Virus record (IMG/VR): IMGVR_UViG_3300006931_000029
Coordinates: 124,001 to 188,000 of that record
Length of the DNA stretch: 64,000 nucleotides
Direction: 5' to 3' (one strand)
Below the pieces are notes generated by a model. That model searched no databases, had not been told where the DNA came from, and saw only the letters and a list, made by a program, of their open reading frames with translations. Shown here piece by piece: positions 36,396-46,158 of the stretch (positions are counted from its first letter, which is position 1; each line of letters begins with the position of its first letter). A program made the position numbers and the translations under genes.

Positions 36396-37151
36396 TTAGG
36401 CTAGGGCCGCGCTGCGCTGCCGCATGCGGTGAAGCTTGACCAGGCCCAGCAAGAAGAAGCCAGCAGCCAAGCCATAGGTGCCGGGCTCAGGAACTGGCAC
36501 GATGCCGACCGGTTGGTTGTTGATCCGAACACCGAACACACCATCATCGAAGTCCTGAAGGCCGGGGCTGATTTGCCCGCGGTCATCAATACCGAAGATG
36601 TAGTAGGTGAAGTTGATGTCGGAGGCCGTAAATGTCGTCCAGTGAAGGATGTCATCCATCGCATACTTCACTCCGTCCGTTGACGTGTCTTGATGCCAGA
36701 AAACCAAGTCGGTTGCCGCGTTAGCACCGATGCGCCACGTTAGCGTGGAGCCGGCGCCGTAGTTGGCGTAGAGGACCTGATTGCTTGCACCGAGAAGAGA
36801 CGATTCTGACCCGATGTTGTTTGCATCCGAGCTGTCCTTTGCGAGGAAAACTACGTCGGCGAAGAAGCCGGCGCCAACCTGTAGGTCCGATGGGGAGGTC
36901 GGATCAAGGTTCGGGATGTTGTTGAATGTGAGGCCTGCGTAGTTGAACGTGTGAATCTGGCCGTCGAAGTCCGGCACCGGTTGAAAGGTACCGAGATTCA
37001 AAAGCGTACTGTTCACGAACGCCGCATCCGCCTTCATCGCCGAGAACGGCGCGATAGCGGTATTGGACGAGCTGTAGATCAACTGAGCATGGGCAGAACT
37101 GGCGCAAAGCGCCAGAACGAGACTAAGCAACTGCAGTGCGTTCTTTTTCAT
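36396..37151 (-). CDS. PEP-CTERM (exosortase-target) secreted protein
   Basis: Signal peptide ending AHA; C-terminus VPEPGTYGLAAGFFLLGLVKLHRMRQR (VPEP + TM + basic tail). Confidence 0.9.
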   Translation of the reverse strand: MKKNALQLLSLVLALCASSAHAQLIYSSSNTAIAPFSAMKADAAFVNSTLLNLGTFQPVPDFDGQIHTFNYAGLTFNNIPNLDPTSPSDLQVGAGFFADVVFLAKDSSDANNIGSESSLLGASNQVLYANYGAGSTLTWRIGANAATDLVFWHQDTSTDGVKYAMDDILHWTTFTASDINFTYYIFGIDDRGQISPGLQDFDDGVFGVRINNQPVGIVPVPEPGTYGLAAGFFLLGLVKLHRMRQRSAALA

Positions 37152-37184
37152 ATATGGTGTGATTCCCCGTATCTCTACGGAAAC

Positions 37185-37997
37185 TTAGAAGGCAGCGATG
37201 TCTGCTACCCATGGTGGCGCCATGTTGATCCTGATCTCGGTCAAGTTCACCGACGCCATGGAGCCGAAATACTTCGGCACGCCATTGACGACGATGAACA
37301 CAGGTGACCCTGAGTCACCAGCTTGAACGACCACAGGCGCCGTAGATTTGTTGCTCGCGGTGGCGACCCAACCAGCGCCGCTTGCGAAGGCGTACTTCAA
37401 CAGCGTTTTGCCGGCGATTGGACGCGTGAGACTGCCAAGACCGAATGCGACAACCTCGCGGCTCACGTACTTGTCGGCAGACTCGAGAGGAGCGATAGCG
37501 GCTGGCTTCACTCCGAGAATGTTGCGATCAAGCTGATAGCACTCGAAGTCGTCTTTCGTGAAGATGACCTTGCTGATGATCGCGACCTCGCCGCCGAAGG
37601 CGACCTTCAACCCGATGTAAGGAGCGAACGGAGCGTTGTTGTAGTGGTGAGCTGCAGCGATGACGTTCGGACGAACCAAAGCGCAGAGACGAATCTGACC
37701 ACCCGGATTGATGATGCCGACTGAATCGTAGCTGTTCACCAGCGTGGTTCCACTCGTGATCAGAACCTCGGTTGGGGGTGGCTGAACGTACACGTCTGTC
37801 GTGTATGAAGGGAACGTAACCATGACGCCGTCTTTCACCACGGGCGGCGGGAAGACAGTCACGGTTTGCTTGACCGGGTCTGGAGTGACCAGGACTTTTG
37901 TTGACGTACCAGCTGTGGACGTGATACCGAAAAAGCTCGGGTTCAGTCCGCCGTTTGCAAGCAGTTCGTTAGCAGTTGTTGCGTTTTGAATAATCAT
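37185..37997 (-). CDS. trypsin-like serine protease domain protein
   Basis: VIAAAHH (His), DFECYQL (Asp), QAGDSGSP (Ser). Confidence 0.8.
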   Translation of the reverse strand: MIIQNATTANELLANGGLNPSFFGITSTAGTSTKVLVTPDPVKQTVTVFPPPVVKDGVMVTFPSYTTDVYVQPPPTEVLITSGTTLVNSYDSVGIINPGGQIRLCALVRPNVIAAAHHYNNAPFAPYIGLKVAFGGEVAIISKVIFTKDDFECYQLDRNILGVKPAAIAPLESADKYVSREVVAFGLGSLTRPIAGKTLLKYAFASGAGWVATASNKSTAPVVVQAGDSGSPVFIVVNGVPKYFGSMASVNLTEIRINMAPPWVADIAAF

Positions 37998-38021
37998 GGT
38001 TATGGTGGGAGGACCTATCTA

Positions 38022-38909
38022 CTAGGCATTAACCTCCGCCATTTTGCTGCGAACCTTGTTAGTCATTTTGCTCCGAAGCTTAATTTGCTTCGACCACAAC
38101 CAGCATCGAATACGATCAGGAAAATTCACGGCTCTCAGCCAGAACCGGTAGAAAGGAGTGACATACTTCCATTCGCCGAGTGGGCGAGACGGGAGGTGGT
38201 TCAGCTTCTTGATGAGACGAAGCATGCGATCGTCATCACGTTCTCTCGACGAGCACAAGTTAGCCGCACAGAGTTCTGCGCCGTGCGCAAGCGACAACAA
38301 CCAAAGGTGTTCGTATCCTGCGGGGCTGAGAATGTGGTCGATTGACCGCTCGCTCAAACAACCACTCATCTTCAAGATGGTTTGCTTGAGTGGGAACTTA
38401 CGCGAAGAGAATAGGTCAGTGCCGATGATAGTCATGCGCGGTGCATCGGGTTTCTGCCATGCGTCCAACGTCTGCTCTGAGCAGCGGATCAGGACGTCGA
38501 GAGCCTCGAGAGAGGAGAAACCGACCACCGAATTGTTTGTGAGGAGACCAGAACTCCAGTCGTTCATCTTGAAGACTTCGCGGGCACAGGCTGCACGGTT
38601 TGCCTTAGGCACAGGCAGCTTGAAGTCCTGACGATTCCAAACCAGCACGTCGGAGTCGACCCAGTAGACCGCCTCGTAGAGTCCGGTCTTGAGGTGTGAC
38701 CGAACAAGCTGAAGACGACAGATGTCCGAGCGGGTAACCTTGGTGAAAGGAGCGCGGCAGTATTGCTTCGCGAAGTCGAACAGTTCGTCACCGACGTAGA
38801 GGTACTTGTAACCGCGGATGAACGCCCACGTCTTCACGCTGCTCATGCACGCTTGAACCCAAGCTGCAGGGTTCGGACGGCTCGACTGGAGGACAAGGAT
38901 TGGCTTCAT
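38022..38909 (-). CDS. GT-A fold glycosyltransferase (nucleotide-diphospho-sugar transferase)
   Basis: SVKTWAFIRGYKY, KVTRSDICRL, VYWVDSDVLV (DxD), NNSVVGF. Confidence 0.7.
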   Translation of the reverse strand: MKPILVLQSSRPNPAAWVQACMSSVKTWAFIRGYKYLYVGDELFDFAKQYCRAPFTKVTRSDICRLQLVRSHLKTGLYEAVYWVDSDVLVWNRQDFKLPVPKANRAACAREVFKMNDWSSGLLTNNSVVGFSSLEALDVLIRCSEQTLDAWQKPDAPRMTIIGTDLFSSRKFPLKQTILKMSGCLSERSIDHILSPAGYEHLWLLSLAHGAELCAANLCSSRERDDDRMLRLIKKLNHLPSRPLGEWKYVTPFYRFWLRAVNFPDRIRCWLWSKQIKLRSKMTNKVRSKMAEVNA

Positions 38910-38912
38910 GGG

Positions 38913-39173
38913 TTAATCTCGGTTGAGTGCTGAAAGCATCATCTTTTTCGCTTCTTCGAACTTGAGCTTACCAGCTTCCGTCTCACCCTTCTCGACCAGT
39001 TTAACGGCTTCGAGATGGACGCGAATGGCGAGAAGCGCTTTGTCGGCTCCCATCTCGTTCGCGATGATCGCAGCAGCGATGTCCCGGTCTTGGGGCGTCC
39101 AAGACGTCGAGTGCCCGAGTCGCACCAAGATGCGATCTGCAGACTTTACGGCTCTAGTTGGTAGAATGGCCAT
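38913..39173 (-). CDS. hypothetical protein
   Basis: 86 aa, first gene after an AT-rich promoter region. Confidence 0.55.
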   Translation of the reverse strand: MAILPTRAVKSADRILVRLGHSTSWTPQDRDIAAAIIANEMGADKALLAIRVHLEAVKLVEKGETEAGKLKFEEAKKMMLSALNRD

Positions 39174-39254
39174 TGTTTTGTCCGTGTCGCATTAGCGCGG
39201 ACGATTGACACCTGTTGTAGACTTTCGATCCATGCGAAATATCACAATGTCAAA

Positions 39255-39300
39255 AAACGATAAAGTAAACATCAAAATGTAAACAATTTTCGTTAAGAAC
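39255..39300 (-). promoter_or_regulatory. AT-rich promoter region with tandem GTTTAC
   Basis: TGTTTACA at 39278-39285 plus a second GTTTAC about 14 nt downstream. Confidence 0.5.
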
Positions 39301-39333
39301 TCGCTTCAGTTCATGCCGCTGACTGGTGCAACT

Positions 39334-39942
39334 TCAGCCGAAAGCCGATTGGGCCGCTGGTTTCTTGCCATGAAGCATAGCACGAAGGTCTACAATCCGC
39401 TCCTTGTGACGTTTTATTTTCGTGTGACACTCCGACTCTGCCGTCGCATACATGTCCATTTGTACCTCTCGCATCCACACGCGAAGGTCGTCGTTTTTGT
39501 AGACGAACTCGAGACGCGTAAAAGCTGGATTGTGAGGCTGTAGTTCGGCTCGTTCGACGTAGAGGTTGGTGAACCGACTCGGGATGCTGATGTCCACTGT
39601 CACGCGCTTGTTCTCTTCCTCTTCGCAGTCAGCGAGAATGATGCTGTAAGTCGCCGTGATGACGCGAGGTGAACTGAAGTCGATTGAGTTTTTGTCCTGC
39701 TTCTCGTGATGACCAAGACGAACTTTTTCGAGACTGATCGGTCCGCTCCCTCGGCTGTACGCGAACGCCAATCCCCTCGGCATTACAAACAGCCATCCAT
39801 CTTCAATCGCCTTACGAATGGCGTAGTCAAGGTTCGTGCCACGAAATTTCTTGTTCAGAGTTTCGGCGGCGAGAAGCGTTTGGGCGAAAGCACCTGGCGC
39901 TGATTTGAAGACGATGGGTCTGGCTTTGGGTTTCTTGCTCAT
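39334..39942 (-). CDS. hypothetical protein
   Basis: 202 aa. Confidence 0.65.
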   Translation of the reverse strand: MSKKPKARPIVFKSAPGAFAQTLLAAETLNKKFRGTNLDYAIRKAIEDGWLFVMPRGLAFAYSRGSGPISLEKVRLGHHEKQDKNSIDFSSPRVITATYSIILADCEEEENKRVTVDISIPSRFTNLYVERAELQPHNPAFTRLEFVYKNDDLRVWMREVQMDMYATAESECHTKIKRHKERIVDLRAMLHGKKPAAQSAFG

Positions 39943-39961
39943 AGTGGTTTAGGCGACGATG

Positions 39962-40270
39962 TTAGTCTCCGTTTGCGTCGAAGGAAAGTTCAAGGATTCT
40001 GCCGCACCAACGGCACGCGTACCAGACGCTGCCTTTGTGACGCAGCCAAATCAGCCGGTTGATTCGACGAGAAAGGACGCGGCGTTTCGCAGTGGTTCTG
40101 ACAGTGGTTTCTACTACCACGAACCTGGTAGGGCGATGATCAAGCTCGTAGTCGGGATGTTGTTTGACTCGGTTACGAATCGTGGAAACATTCGAACGAA
40201 CGTCAACCAAGAGCTGCTTGATTGCAAGAAGGAGGCGGCGGTTGTTAAGATCGTGCTTGTGGTCGCTCAT
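39962..40270 (-). CDS. hypothetical protein with CRWC zinc knuckle
   Basis: ATGA-coupled. Confidence 0.5.
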   Translation of the reverse strand: MSDHKHDLNNRRLLLAIKQLLVDVRSNVSTIRNRVKQHPDYELDHRPTRFVVVETTVRTTAKRRVLSRRINRLIWLRHKGSVWYACRWCGRILELSFDANGD

Positions 40271-40689
40271 GCTAGTTTCCTCGGGTATTTGGCCAGCATT
40301 GCAGGCATGAGTTTGATATTAGCCGATGAATTGGCCGGATCATGCCACGCCATGAACTCTCGCACCTCCATGCAGTCGATGTCTGTTCGACCTTCAACTG
40401 ACGCACGCGCGGCGATGACGTCCGGGCTGGATTCCGGGTAAGCGTCCACTCGTTTTGGTGCAAGAAATTTGTTGGCCATCGTGAGACCGCCGAGACAGAG
40501 CTTAGCGTTCTTGGCCGCCTTCTCTTCCCAGTCCGGCTTGCGATAGTCGATCTTCGTGTGACAGAAAAATGGGAAGTTGCGCCACAGATTCTCCAAGACC
40601 GTCTGCGGCGTGTAGTCGCCAAGATAGGATGGCAATGCCGTGTGACGGAACGGACACGCCGGACACTGGACTTTGCAGGGCTTATTCAT
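40267..40689 (-). CDS. Cys-rich hypothetical protein
   Basis: PCKVQCPACPFR...FFCH...LCLG. Confidence 0.65.
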   Translation of the reverse strand: MNKPCKVQCPACPFRHTALPSYLGDYTPQTVLENLWRNFPFFCHTKIDYRKPDWEEKAAKNAKLCLGGLTMANKFLAPKRVDAYPESSPDVIAARASVEGRTDIDCMEVREFMAWHDPANSSANIKLMPAMLAKYPRKLA

Positions 40690-40859
40690 CCGCGGCTGAG
40701 AATGAACGTCAGCTCGGCAATGTGACGTTCGGTCGATTCGGCGATACAGATTGCTTGGAATCGCGTGATGTCGGATTTTGTCTTGTCGTTTCCGGCTTCG
40801 CGCATGAGCTTAGCGAACGCGCGTTGACTCTCCAGGTACTCTGCCATTTTGGTGTCCAT
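40686..40859 (-). CDS. hypothetical protein (57 aa, below the ORF-track cutoff)
   Basis: MDTKMAEYLESQRAF...LSRG-TGA, overlapping the next ATG. Confidence 0.55.
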   Translation of the reverse strand: MDTKMAEYLESQRAFAKLMREAGNDKTKSDITRFQAICIAESTERHIAELTFILSRG

Positions 40860-40861
40860 GG

Positions 40862-41059
40862 TTAGGCTCGGCGTTCTAAAATTTTCTTCAGTGCTGTGAC
40901 TCGAACGTTATTGCTAAAGACCTGCCGATCGTCCCACTTCCTGTCCCATCGAGCCCATCCACTGCCCAAAAGCACCACGCTTTCTTCAAGTTCACGGCGA
41001 TTGCGCTTCGAAACGGTCCGTTGGACCAGTTGAAAGATAGGTTTGACCGTGTCACCCAT
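40862..41059 (-). CDS. hypothetical protein
   Basis: Start MGDTVKP at 41059. Confidence 0.55.
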   Translation of the reverse strand: MGDTVKPIFQLVQRTVSKRNRRELEESVVLLGSGWARWDRKWDDRQVFSNNVRVTALKKILERRA

Positions 41060-41312
41060 CGACCTGAATCCTAGTGCCTTGAGTAGGTCTTTCAGCTGTT
41101 CCGTCACAGATAGCGACGATGCGTCTTGAATCCACGACGGTGCAACGGGCTTGGACGGTTTTGATTTGGCGCTTCGGTATGTCATAGTGAGGATATTTGC
41201 CTGCGTGGTACCAGCAACGCTTGATGCTAAGCTGTTCGGCCATCTTGTGCAGATTCTCGACCGAGTATGGCACGCAGACGAGGTGACGCTGGTTGTCACA
41301 GTAGAAGGTCAC
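41052..41312 (-). CDS. DUF4031-like protein
   Basis: HLV....ENLHKMAEQL...WYH...PHYDIP. Confidence 0.65.
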   Translation of the reverse strand: MTFYCDNQRHLVCVPYSVENLHKMAEQLSIKRCWYHAGKYPHYDIPKRQIKTVQARCTVVDSRRIVAICDGTAERPTQGTRIQVDG

Positions 41313-41650
41313 CGATAGAGCGGGTACTTCACGAGCGCAGCACGTTCTAACAGCTCAAGCTCGTAGGATCGTTCCCACGTTTGGCCGTCGGTCGGATGCT
41401 GGCGAATGCGGGCTTCCTCGACGGCCATGTAGCGAACCTTGTAACGCCAGATGCCGAAGACCGGATCGTAGAAACCGCCGGTCACGATACCAACTTGGCC
41501 GCTGAGCTTGTTGCGAACGGCGTCACCTTGGTTGTAGAACGGGTCGACGCCGACAGGGATGGTGGCAATCTGCGGAGACCGGATGGCCGGTTGAACGACG
41601 CAGCCGGTGAAAGATACCGACAGGAGAAGGAGTGGAAGCAGGAATTTCAT
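41309..41650 (-). CDS. putative lipoprotein
   Basis: Signal LLLLSVSFTGC with lipobox Cys. Confidence 0.6.
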   Translation of the reverse strand: MKFLLPLLLLSVSFTGCVVQPAIRSPQIATIPVGVDPFYNQGDAVRNKLSGQVGIVTGGFYDPVFGIWRYKVRYMAVEEARIRQHPTDGQTWERSYELELLERAALVKYPLYR

Positions 41651-41653
41651 GGT

Positions 41654-42223
41654 TTAGATTTTTGTGTAGCTGATGTCGTCGGTGGCCGACAAATGTTTCA
41701 GCTTGAGTTCGGCTTCGTTGACGTCGGTGACCTTTCGTTTCTCTCCGCCGACGCTGGTGATCTCGTAGGTTTCACCGCCGAGGCGGTAGCTGTTTGCCAT
41801 CCTCAAGATTGTGTCTCGCATCGTATTGGCGAGATGCGTGGCATGAGGAAGAATTTCGGCTTCGATCTGACGCTTGAGCTCCATGGCGGTGCCCCGCTTG
41901 CCGTCGTGGTTATTCTTTGGACCGACGTCGGTGAGGCACAGGTAAGCGTTCATGAACGGATCAGTGTGTGCCGTCCCACAAACCATAACCGTCGCCCAGG
42001 TGCGGATGATCGTCTCACGAATTTTCGGCTCAAGCATCTCTCGTGAGATGTTGACGATCTGTTCGTCGGTGAGCTCGTAGACGTTATCGTGGGCTCGACT
42101 GATCTCAGCCAGTGCCGTCTGAAGGATGAAATTGGCCTGAATGCTGGAGAAGTTAAGGTCTTTGCTACCGACGATTTGCTGTGCAATTTCGGCGACGTTG
42201 CGCCATTGAGATGGAATGCTCAT
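41654..42223 (-). CDS. hypothetical protein
   Basis: Probable start MSIPSQW at 42223. Confidence 0.6.
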   Translation of the reverse strand: MSIPSQWRNVAEIAQQIVGSKDLNFSSIQANFILQTALAEISRAHDNVYELTDEQIVNISREMLEPKIRETIIRTWATVMVCGTAHTDPFMNAYLCLTDVGPKNNHDGKRGTAMELKRQIEAEILPHATHLANTMRDTILRMANSYRLGGETYEITSVGGEKRKVTDVNEAELKLKHLSATDDISYTKI

Positions 42224-42365
42224 GATTCTTTCTGCATCGAAGCCTTCTTGCGAGCGAGGAGGATGTCTAGCTTTGTGAAGTGTTTCTTTGTGCGTGGCTT
42301 GGCGTTTTGAAGACGTTTGACTGCCCGTTCTGTGCGAGCGGCGTTGAGTTTTTGGCCAGCGTATT

Positions 42366-42647
42366 TCATTTGTCGGCCTTTTTGGCCAGTTCAAGCTTTA
42401 AGAGGGCAACGTCACGCTCTAGCTGCGCGATGCGTTCAAGGTCGCTGAGAGTCGACTTCGACGCTTGATGACGAGCTTCTATCGCTTTAATTTCGGCGAT
42501 GAAGTCAATGTCGGACTGGCTGACTCTGCCGTAGCTGCGCCAAATGTTAGGATCGAATGCTATCACGAGTGCGAATACGACGAGAGGCAGAAACACGACT
42601 AATGATTTAGCTTTCATGCGATGGCAGCGTTGACTTGGTTCGCCCAC
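42366..42647 (-). CDS. membrane-anchored coiled-coil protein
   Basis: LVVFLPLVVFALVIAF TM followed by heptads. Confidence 0.55.
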   Translation of the reverse strand: MGEPSQRCHRMKAKSLVVFLPLVVFALVIAFDPNIWRSYGRVSQSDIDFIAEIKAIEARHQASKSTLSDLERIAQLERDVALLKLELAKKADK

Positions 42648-42958
42648 TCTTTTTGCTGAGCGTCGAGTTGAATTCGAACACGAGCAGCCGACTCAGTCTC
42701 GGGCTTCGGATAACCGAGGCTCCATGCGAGTTCGAGCGGCGTGGTATTCTTGAGAAGGACGAGCATCTCGGTAACCGTCAGGCGGGCGAAGACGAACTTC
42801 ACCCAAGATTTGGCTTTCGCCATCGGCGCACGGTACTTGAAACGAGCGATCGCCTCACGAGGTTCGTCGATGATGACGTAAACTTCAGATCGACCGGAAA
42901 CCATTCCGACTCGGTTACCGTCCACGAAGATGAGATTGGCTGCGATGGTGACTTTCAT
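42614..42958 (-). CDS. hypothetical protein
   Basis: 114 aa. Confidence 0.6.
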   Translation of the reverse strand: MKVTIAANLIFVDGNRVGMVSGRSEVYVIIDEPREAIARFKYRAPMAKAKSWVKFVFARLTVTEMLVLLKNTTPLELAWSLGYPKPETESAARVRIQLDAQQKEWANQVNAAIA

Positions 42959-42964
42959 GGTCGT

Positions 42965-43168
42965 TTAGCCAACCATCATGAAGCCCGTGCCGAGAATCTC
43001 GTTGACTCCCTTTCCACCGGGGCAGATAAAGACTGCCGTCCAACGATCCTCGATCGTCTTGCAAACCAGATGACGAACCGAGAGGTTCGTGAACTTCGCC
43101 AGCGCCGTGGTCAGATTCGCTTCGGTCGCATAGCTCTTAACGTTTTTGGAGGAGATTTGGGTTGCCAT
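42965..43168 (-). CDS. hypothetical protein
   Basis: Start MATQIS at 43168, 30 nt after TGTTTACA. Confidence 0.6.
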   Translation of the reverse strand: MATQISSKNVKSYATEANLTTALAKFTNLSVRHLVCKTIEDRWTAVFICPGGKGVNEILGTGFMMVG

Positions 43169-43242
43169 GAACCCATACAACCCACTTTATCTGAAAATGT
43201 AAACAAAAAAGTATAACAAAAGTGAGTCTAGTTTTTTACAAT

Positions 43243-44568
43243 TCAACTGATCCTGGTGACCTTCAAGAAAGACCCAACCAAGACGTTGCCCGTGCCACTG
43301 GTTGCCTTCTTCGCGGTGAGAAACAGGTTGCACGCCGAATTGGGTGCCGTGATCAGACCACCAAACGTCACAACACCGTTCCCGACTTGTCTGATCATCG
43401 CTGTGGATTGGAAACCTTGGGCAGTGATCTGATCAACGACCCGCAGAGCATTCGCACCCAGCGTGGCCTGTGTGCCTTCCATCCATCCGTTAATGGTAGC
43501 GCCAGCGACGCTGCATTGAATACCGAACTGAGCACCTGCCGTCGACGATGATTGAGCTCCGATAAAACCGTTGAACTCGTAGACCCCGTTAGCGACTAGG
43601 GCAACGGTCGAGTCGGTGATCGTCGTGTTGACGGTGGTGTAGGCAGCAACTACGTCTACCGTTCCCCAGATGCTCGTCGCGCCTTGAAAACCCTGTGGTC
43701 CCTGAGCTCCGGTCGTTCCTTGACTGCCCGTAGTTCCGGTCGTCCCTTGGAATCCTTGCGAACCTTGAGTTCCAGTTCCTCCTTGCAAACCCTGGAATCC
43801 TTGAGCACCAGTGCCCGTCGCACCTTGGAATCCCTGGAAACCCTGGTTGCCCGTCGTGCCTGTCGCACCTTGAACTCCTTGAGAACCGGTCGAACCTCCT
43901 ACTCCTTGGAATCCTTGAAAGCCCTGACTTCCTGTCGAACCTGTGGCGCCTTGCAATCCCTGTGATCCGACGCCGGTTGCACCTTGGAAACCTTGACTGC
44001 CTTGCGAACCGGTCGTGCCGGTTACGCCTTGAAAACCTTGGCGACCCTGAAATCCCTGAAAGCCTTGAGCTCCGACGTCGCCTTGAGAACCCGCGCTTCC
44101 CTGCAAACCCTGATTGCCCTGCGCCCCGGTGTTTCCAACAACGCCCTGCGATCCTTGAGAACCGACGGCTCCTTGGGCACCTGTCGCGCCCTGAGAACCT
44201 GTCGAACCACCTACTCCTTGGAAACCCTGAGCTCCGACACCAGTCAAACCTTGAAAGCCTTGGAAACCCTGGTTTCCTTGTGAACCAATCGATCCTTGAA
44301 CTCCTTGTGAACCGGTCGCTCCTTGCGACCCGACTGCGCCTTGTACGCCCTGACTGCCAGTTACGCCTTGAAAACCCTGGTTGCCTACGGCGCCTTGGAA
44401 ACCCTGCAGCCCACTGGAATACGGCAGAGAATTCCAGCGCGTAACTCCGTCACCTAGCTTCCACTTGCCGGTGTCAACCTCAACGCCGAGTTCACGTTCA
44501 GCGAGAAGAGGATTGATGGCGGTGGCAAGTGCTGCCAACCCGCCACGTTGCTGCATCTGCTGGGCCAT
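43243..44568 (-). CDS. collagen-like tail fibre with Mtd/hyaluronidase-type N-terminal motif
   Basis: NPLLAERELGVEVDTGKWKLGDGVTRWNSLPY, about 240 aa of G-x-Q triplets, C-terminal beta domain. Confidence 0.85.
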   Translation of the reverse strand: MAQQMQQRGGLAALATAINPLLAERELGVEVDTGKWKLGDGVTRWNSLPYSSGLQGFQGAVGNQGFQGVTGSQGVQGAVGSQGATGSQGVQGSIGSQGNQGFQGFQGLTGVGAQGFQGVGGSTGSQGATGAQGAVGSQGSQGVVGNTGAQGNQGLQGSAGSQGDVGAQGFQGFQGRQGFQGVTGTTGSQGSQGFQGATGVGSQGLQGATGSTGSQGFQGFQGVGGSTGSQGVQGATGTTGNQGFQGFQGATGTGAQGFQGLQGGTGTQGSQGFQGTTGTTGSQGTTGAQGPQGFQGATSIWGTVDVVAAYTTVNTTITDSTVALVANGVYEFNGFIGAQSSSTAGAQFGIQCSVAGATINGWMEGTQATLGANALRVVDQITAQGFQSTAMIRQVGNGVVTFGGLITAPNSACNLFLTAKKATSGTGNVLVGSFLKVTRIS

Positions 44569-44802
44569 TTAGAATGATCCGCCATCGATGGGTGTTGTTC
44601 CGCCGTAGTTCGTGTCCCACGTCCCGCCATCAATGTTGCCCATGGACGAGGCTTGAGCTCCTTGAGAGCCTTGAACACCTTGCGGTCCTGCCACTCCTTG
44701 AGGACCCTGCGGTCCAGAAGGAATGCCCGTAAGCGTATCGCCCGGCTGAAGGAGCTCGAGGTCACCCTGCGGGGTGAGTACGAGTGGTCTCCTCTCGGAC
44801 AC
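44569..44802 (-). CDS. small collagen-containing structural protein
   Basis: RRPLVL...LELLQPGDTL; GPQG repeats; IDGG motif. Confidence 0.65.
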   Translation of the reverse strand: MSERRPLVLTPQGDLELLQPGDTLTGIPSGPQGPQGVAGPQGVQGSQGAQASSMGNIDGGTWDTNYGGTTPIDGGSF

Positions 44803-44805
44803 GCG

Positions 44806-45276
44806 TTACAGTTTGATGCTGCGGTAAGGCGCAGACAGACGTAGGTCCGTCGGCGACATTGCTTGGCCCAGCTCCACGACGAACGCACCATCGGCCGTCG
44901 GAGCTTGGTCACTGGCTTCACCAGCAACAGTATCGGAGAGGAAGTAACGAACGCCTTCGGTCAAACCGCCGGAGGTACCGAACGCCGCATCCCACGCCGC
45001 CGTCGAGGCGGTATGAACTCCGCTCAGCAACACGTCGCCGATCGCGCCTGGAGCAATGGTACCGTTGAACACAAGTCCAATGACGTCCTTCGTCGCCAGC
45101 GCGTTGGCTCGTGCCTTCTTGATGGTGCCATCGCCGTCGTTGTAGACGGGAGTGCAGATGGCTAGTGAGCCGACTTCGTTGTTAGTCTGACGCGCTGCGT
45201 CGTAAGACTTGGTGTAATCACCAGCTTGGAGCTGCTGAAGTTCACCGTTGACGAGAACAAGTGGTTTGCGAATCAT
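44806..45276 (-). CDS. structural/decoration protein
   Basis: RKPLVLVNGELQQLQAGD; VYNDGDGTIKKARA...VIGLV; GVRYFLS. Confidence 0.65.
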   Translation of the reverse strand: MIRKPLVLVNGELQQLQAGDYTKSYDAARQTNNEVGSLAICTPVYNDGDGTIKKARANALATKDVIGLVFNGTIAPGAIGDVLLSGVHTASTAAWDAAFGTSGGLTEGVRYFLSDTVAGEASDQAPTADGAFVVELGQAMSPTDLRLSAPYRSIKL

Positions 45277-45282
45277 TGGAAG

Positions 45283-45759
45283 TTAGAGGAGGATTGGATT
45301 GGCGAGAGTAATAAATACCTGCGTTGGTGTGACGACGCTTCCGATCAGCTGATTCCAACCAGTCGTCGGTGGGATAGTGGAAGGCCACTTGCCATTGGCC
45401 CACAATTTTTGGCGTGCTGTCCACTTCCACGCCGGATTTTCGCACACGCCGTAGAAGCATACGACAACGCTCATGCCGGGCCACGCTTCGTCAAGAGCAA
45501 CGCCGGCCAAAAGATTCATGTTGTCGAGGTCGCTGCTGTCGCATCGATAACCGTCTGTCGTCACCAACGAATACGCCTCGATGTGGGCATTCGCCGTCAT
45601 AGTGAGAAGACCGGCATTAACCGTTGACCCGACGTCGCCCGGTATACCTCCTCCACTGCCGTCAAGTCCTCTGGCGCCTTGTGGTCCTTGAGGACCAGGC
45701 GTACCTCGAGCGTCGAGGCCTCTTTCAATTCCAGGAAACGGTATTTGGACTACTTGCAC
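45283..45759 (-). CDS. structural/decoration protein with short collagen segment
   Basis: GPQGPQG; YRCDSSD...LAGVA...G...NPAWKW. Confidence 0.65.
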   Translation of the reverse strand: MQVVQIPFPGIERGLDARGTPGPQGPQGARGLDGSGGGIPGDVGSTVNAGLLTMTANAHIEAYSLVTTDGYRCDSSDLDNMNLLAGVALDEAWPGMSVVVCFYGVCENPAWKWTARQKLWANGKWPSTIPPTTGWNQLIGSVVTPTQVFITLANPILL

Positions 45760-45779
45760 TCACTACCTACCGGCTAAAA

Positions 45780-46100
45780 TCAAGCCGTAACTTCTCGGTC
45801 AGAGACTGGAGCAGCAGGTATTAAGTTACCTGTTACAGTAGGTTCTTTCGTACCTATCGGGACTGTGACTGCTGGGGTAGTTGACTTCAGAGCGTTCATC
45901 AGAAACACGGTGAGCACGATCAACGCTTGCGTGTTGTCGATGACCAAGATTTCACCCTTCTTGACACAGTTGACAGTCCAGACTCCGAGGATGTCGATGA
46001 TGATCAACGCGCCAACCCATTGGCCCCATTTCGATGTATCGCCGAGACGAGATTTGATCGCGTCGTAGAATGACTGTAGGAAGTTCATCATGGTCATCAT
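45780..46100 (-). CDS. putative holin
   Basis: About 100 aa with two TM segments, next to the fibre genes. Confidence 0.5.
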   Translation of the reverse strand: MMTMMNFLQSFYDAIKSRLGDTSKWGQWVGALIIIDILGVWTVNCVKKGEILVIDNTQALIVLTVFLMNALKSTTPAVTVPIGTKEPTVTGNLIPAAPVSDREVTA

Positions 46101-46108
46101 TTATGCAT

Positions 46109-46141
46109 AAAAACAGGGCGACCCGTTTCCGAGTCGCCCTG
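46109..46141 (-). terminator. intrinsic terminator
   Basis: CAGGGCGAC/GTCGCCCTG 9-bp stem followed by U5 on the minus strand. Confidence 0.8.
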
Positions 46142-46158
46142 GTTCAAAAACGATCTGG

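Noticed and set aside
37997-38024. Glycosyltransferase-protease fusion by readthrough
   Set aside because: In frame, but it needs two consecutive ambers; more likely a reinforced stop.
39174-39334. Possible ncRNA or origin in the AT-rich gap
   Set aside because: No convincing stems or iterons; explained by tandem promoter boxes.
15137-44568. CRISPR-like periodic repeats in the collagen regions
   Set aside because: The periodicity is 9-nt coding triplets (CAAGGN), not repeat-spacer units; no cas genes.
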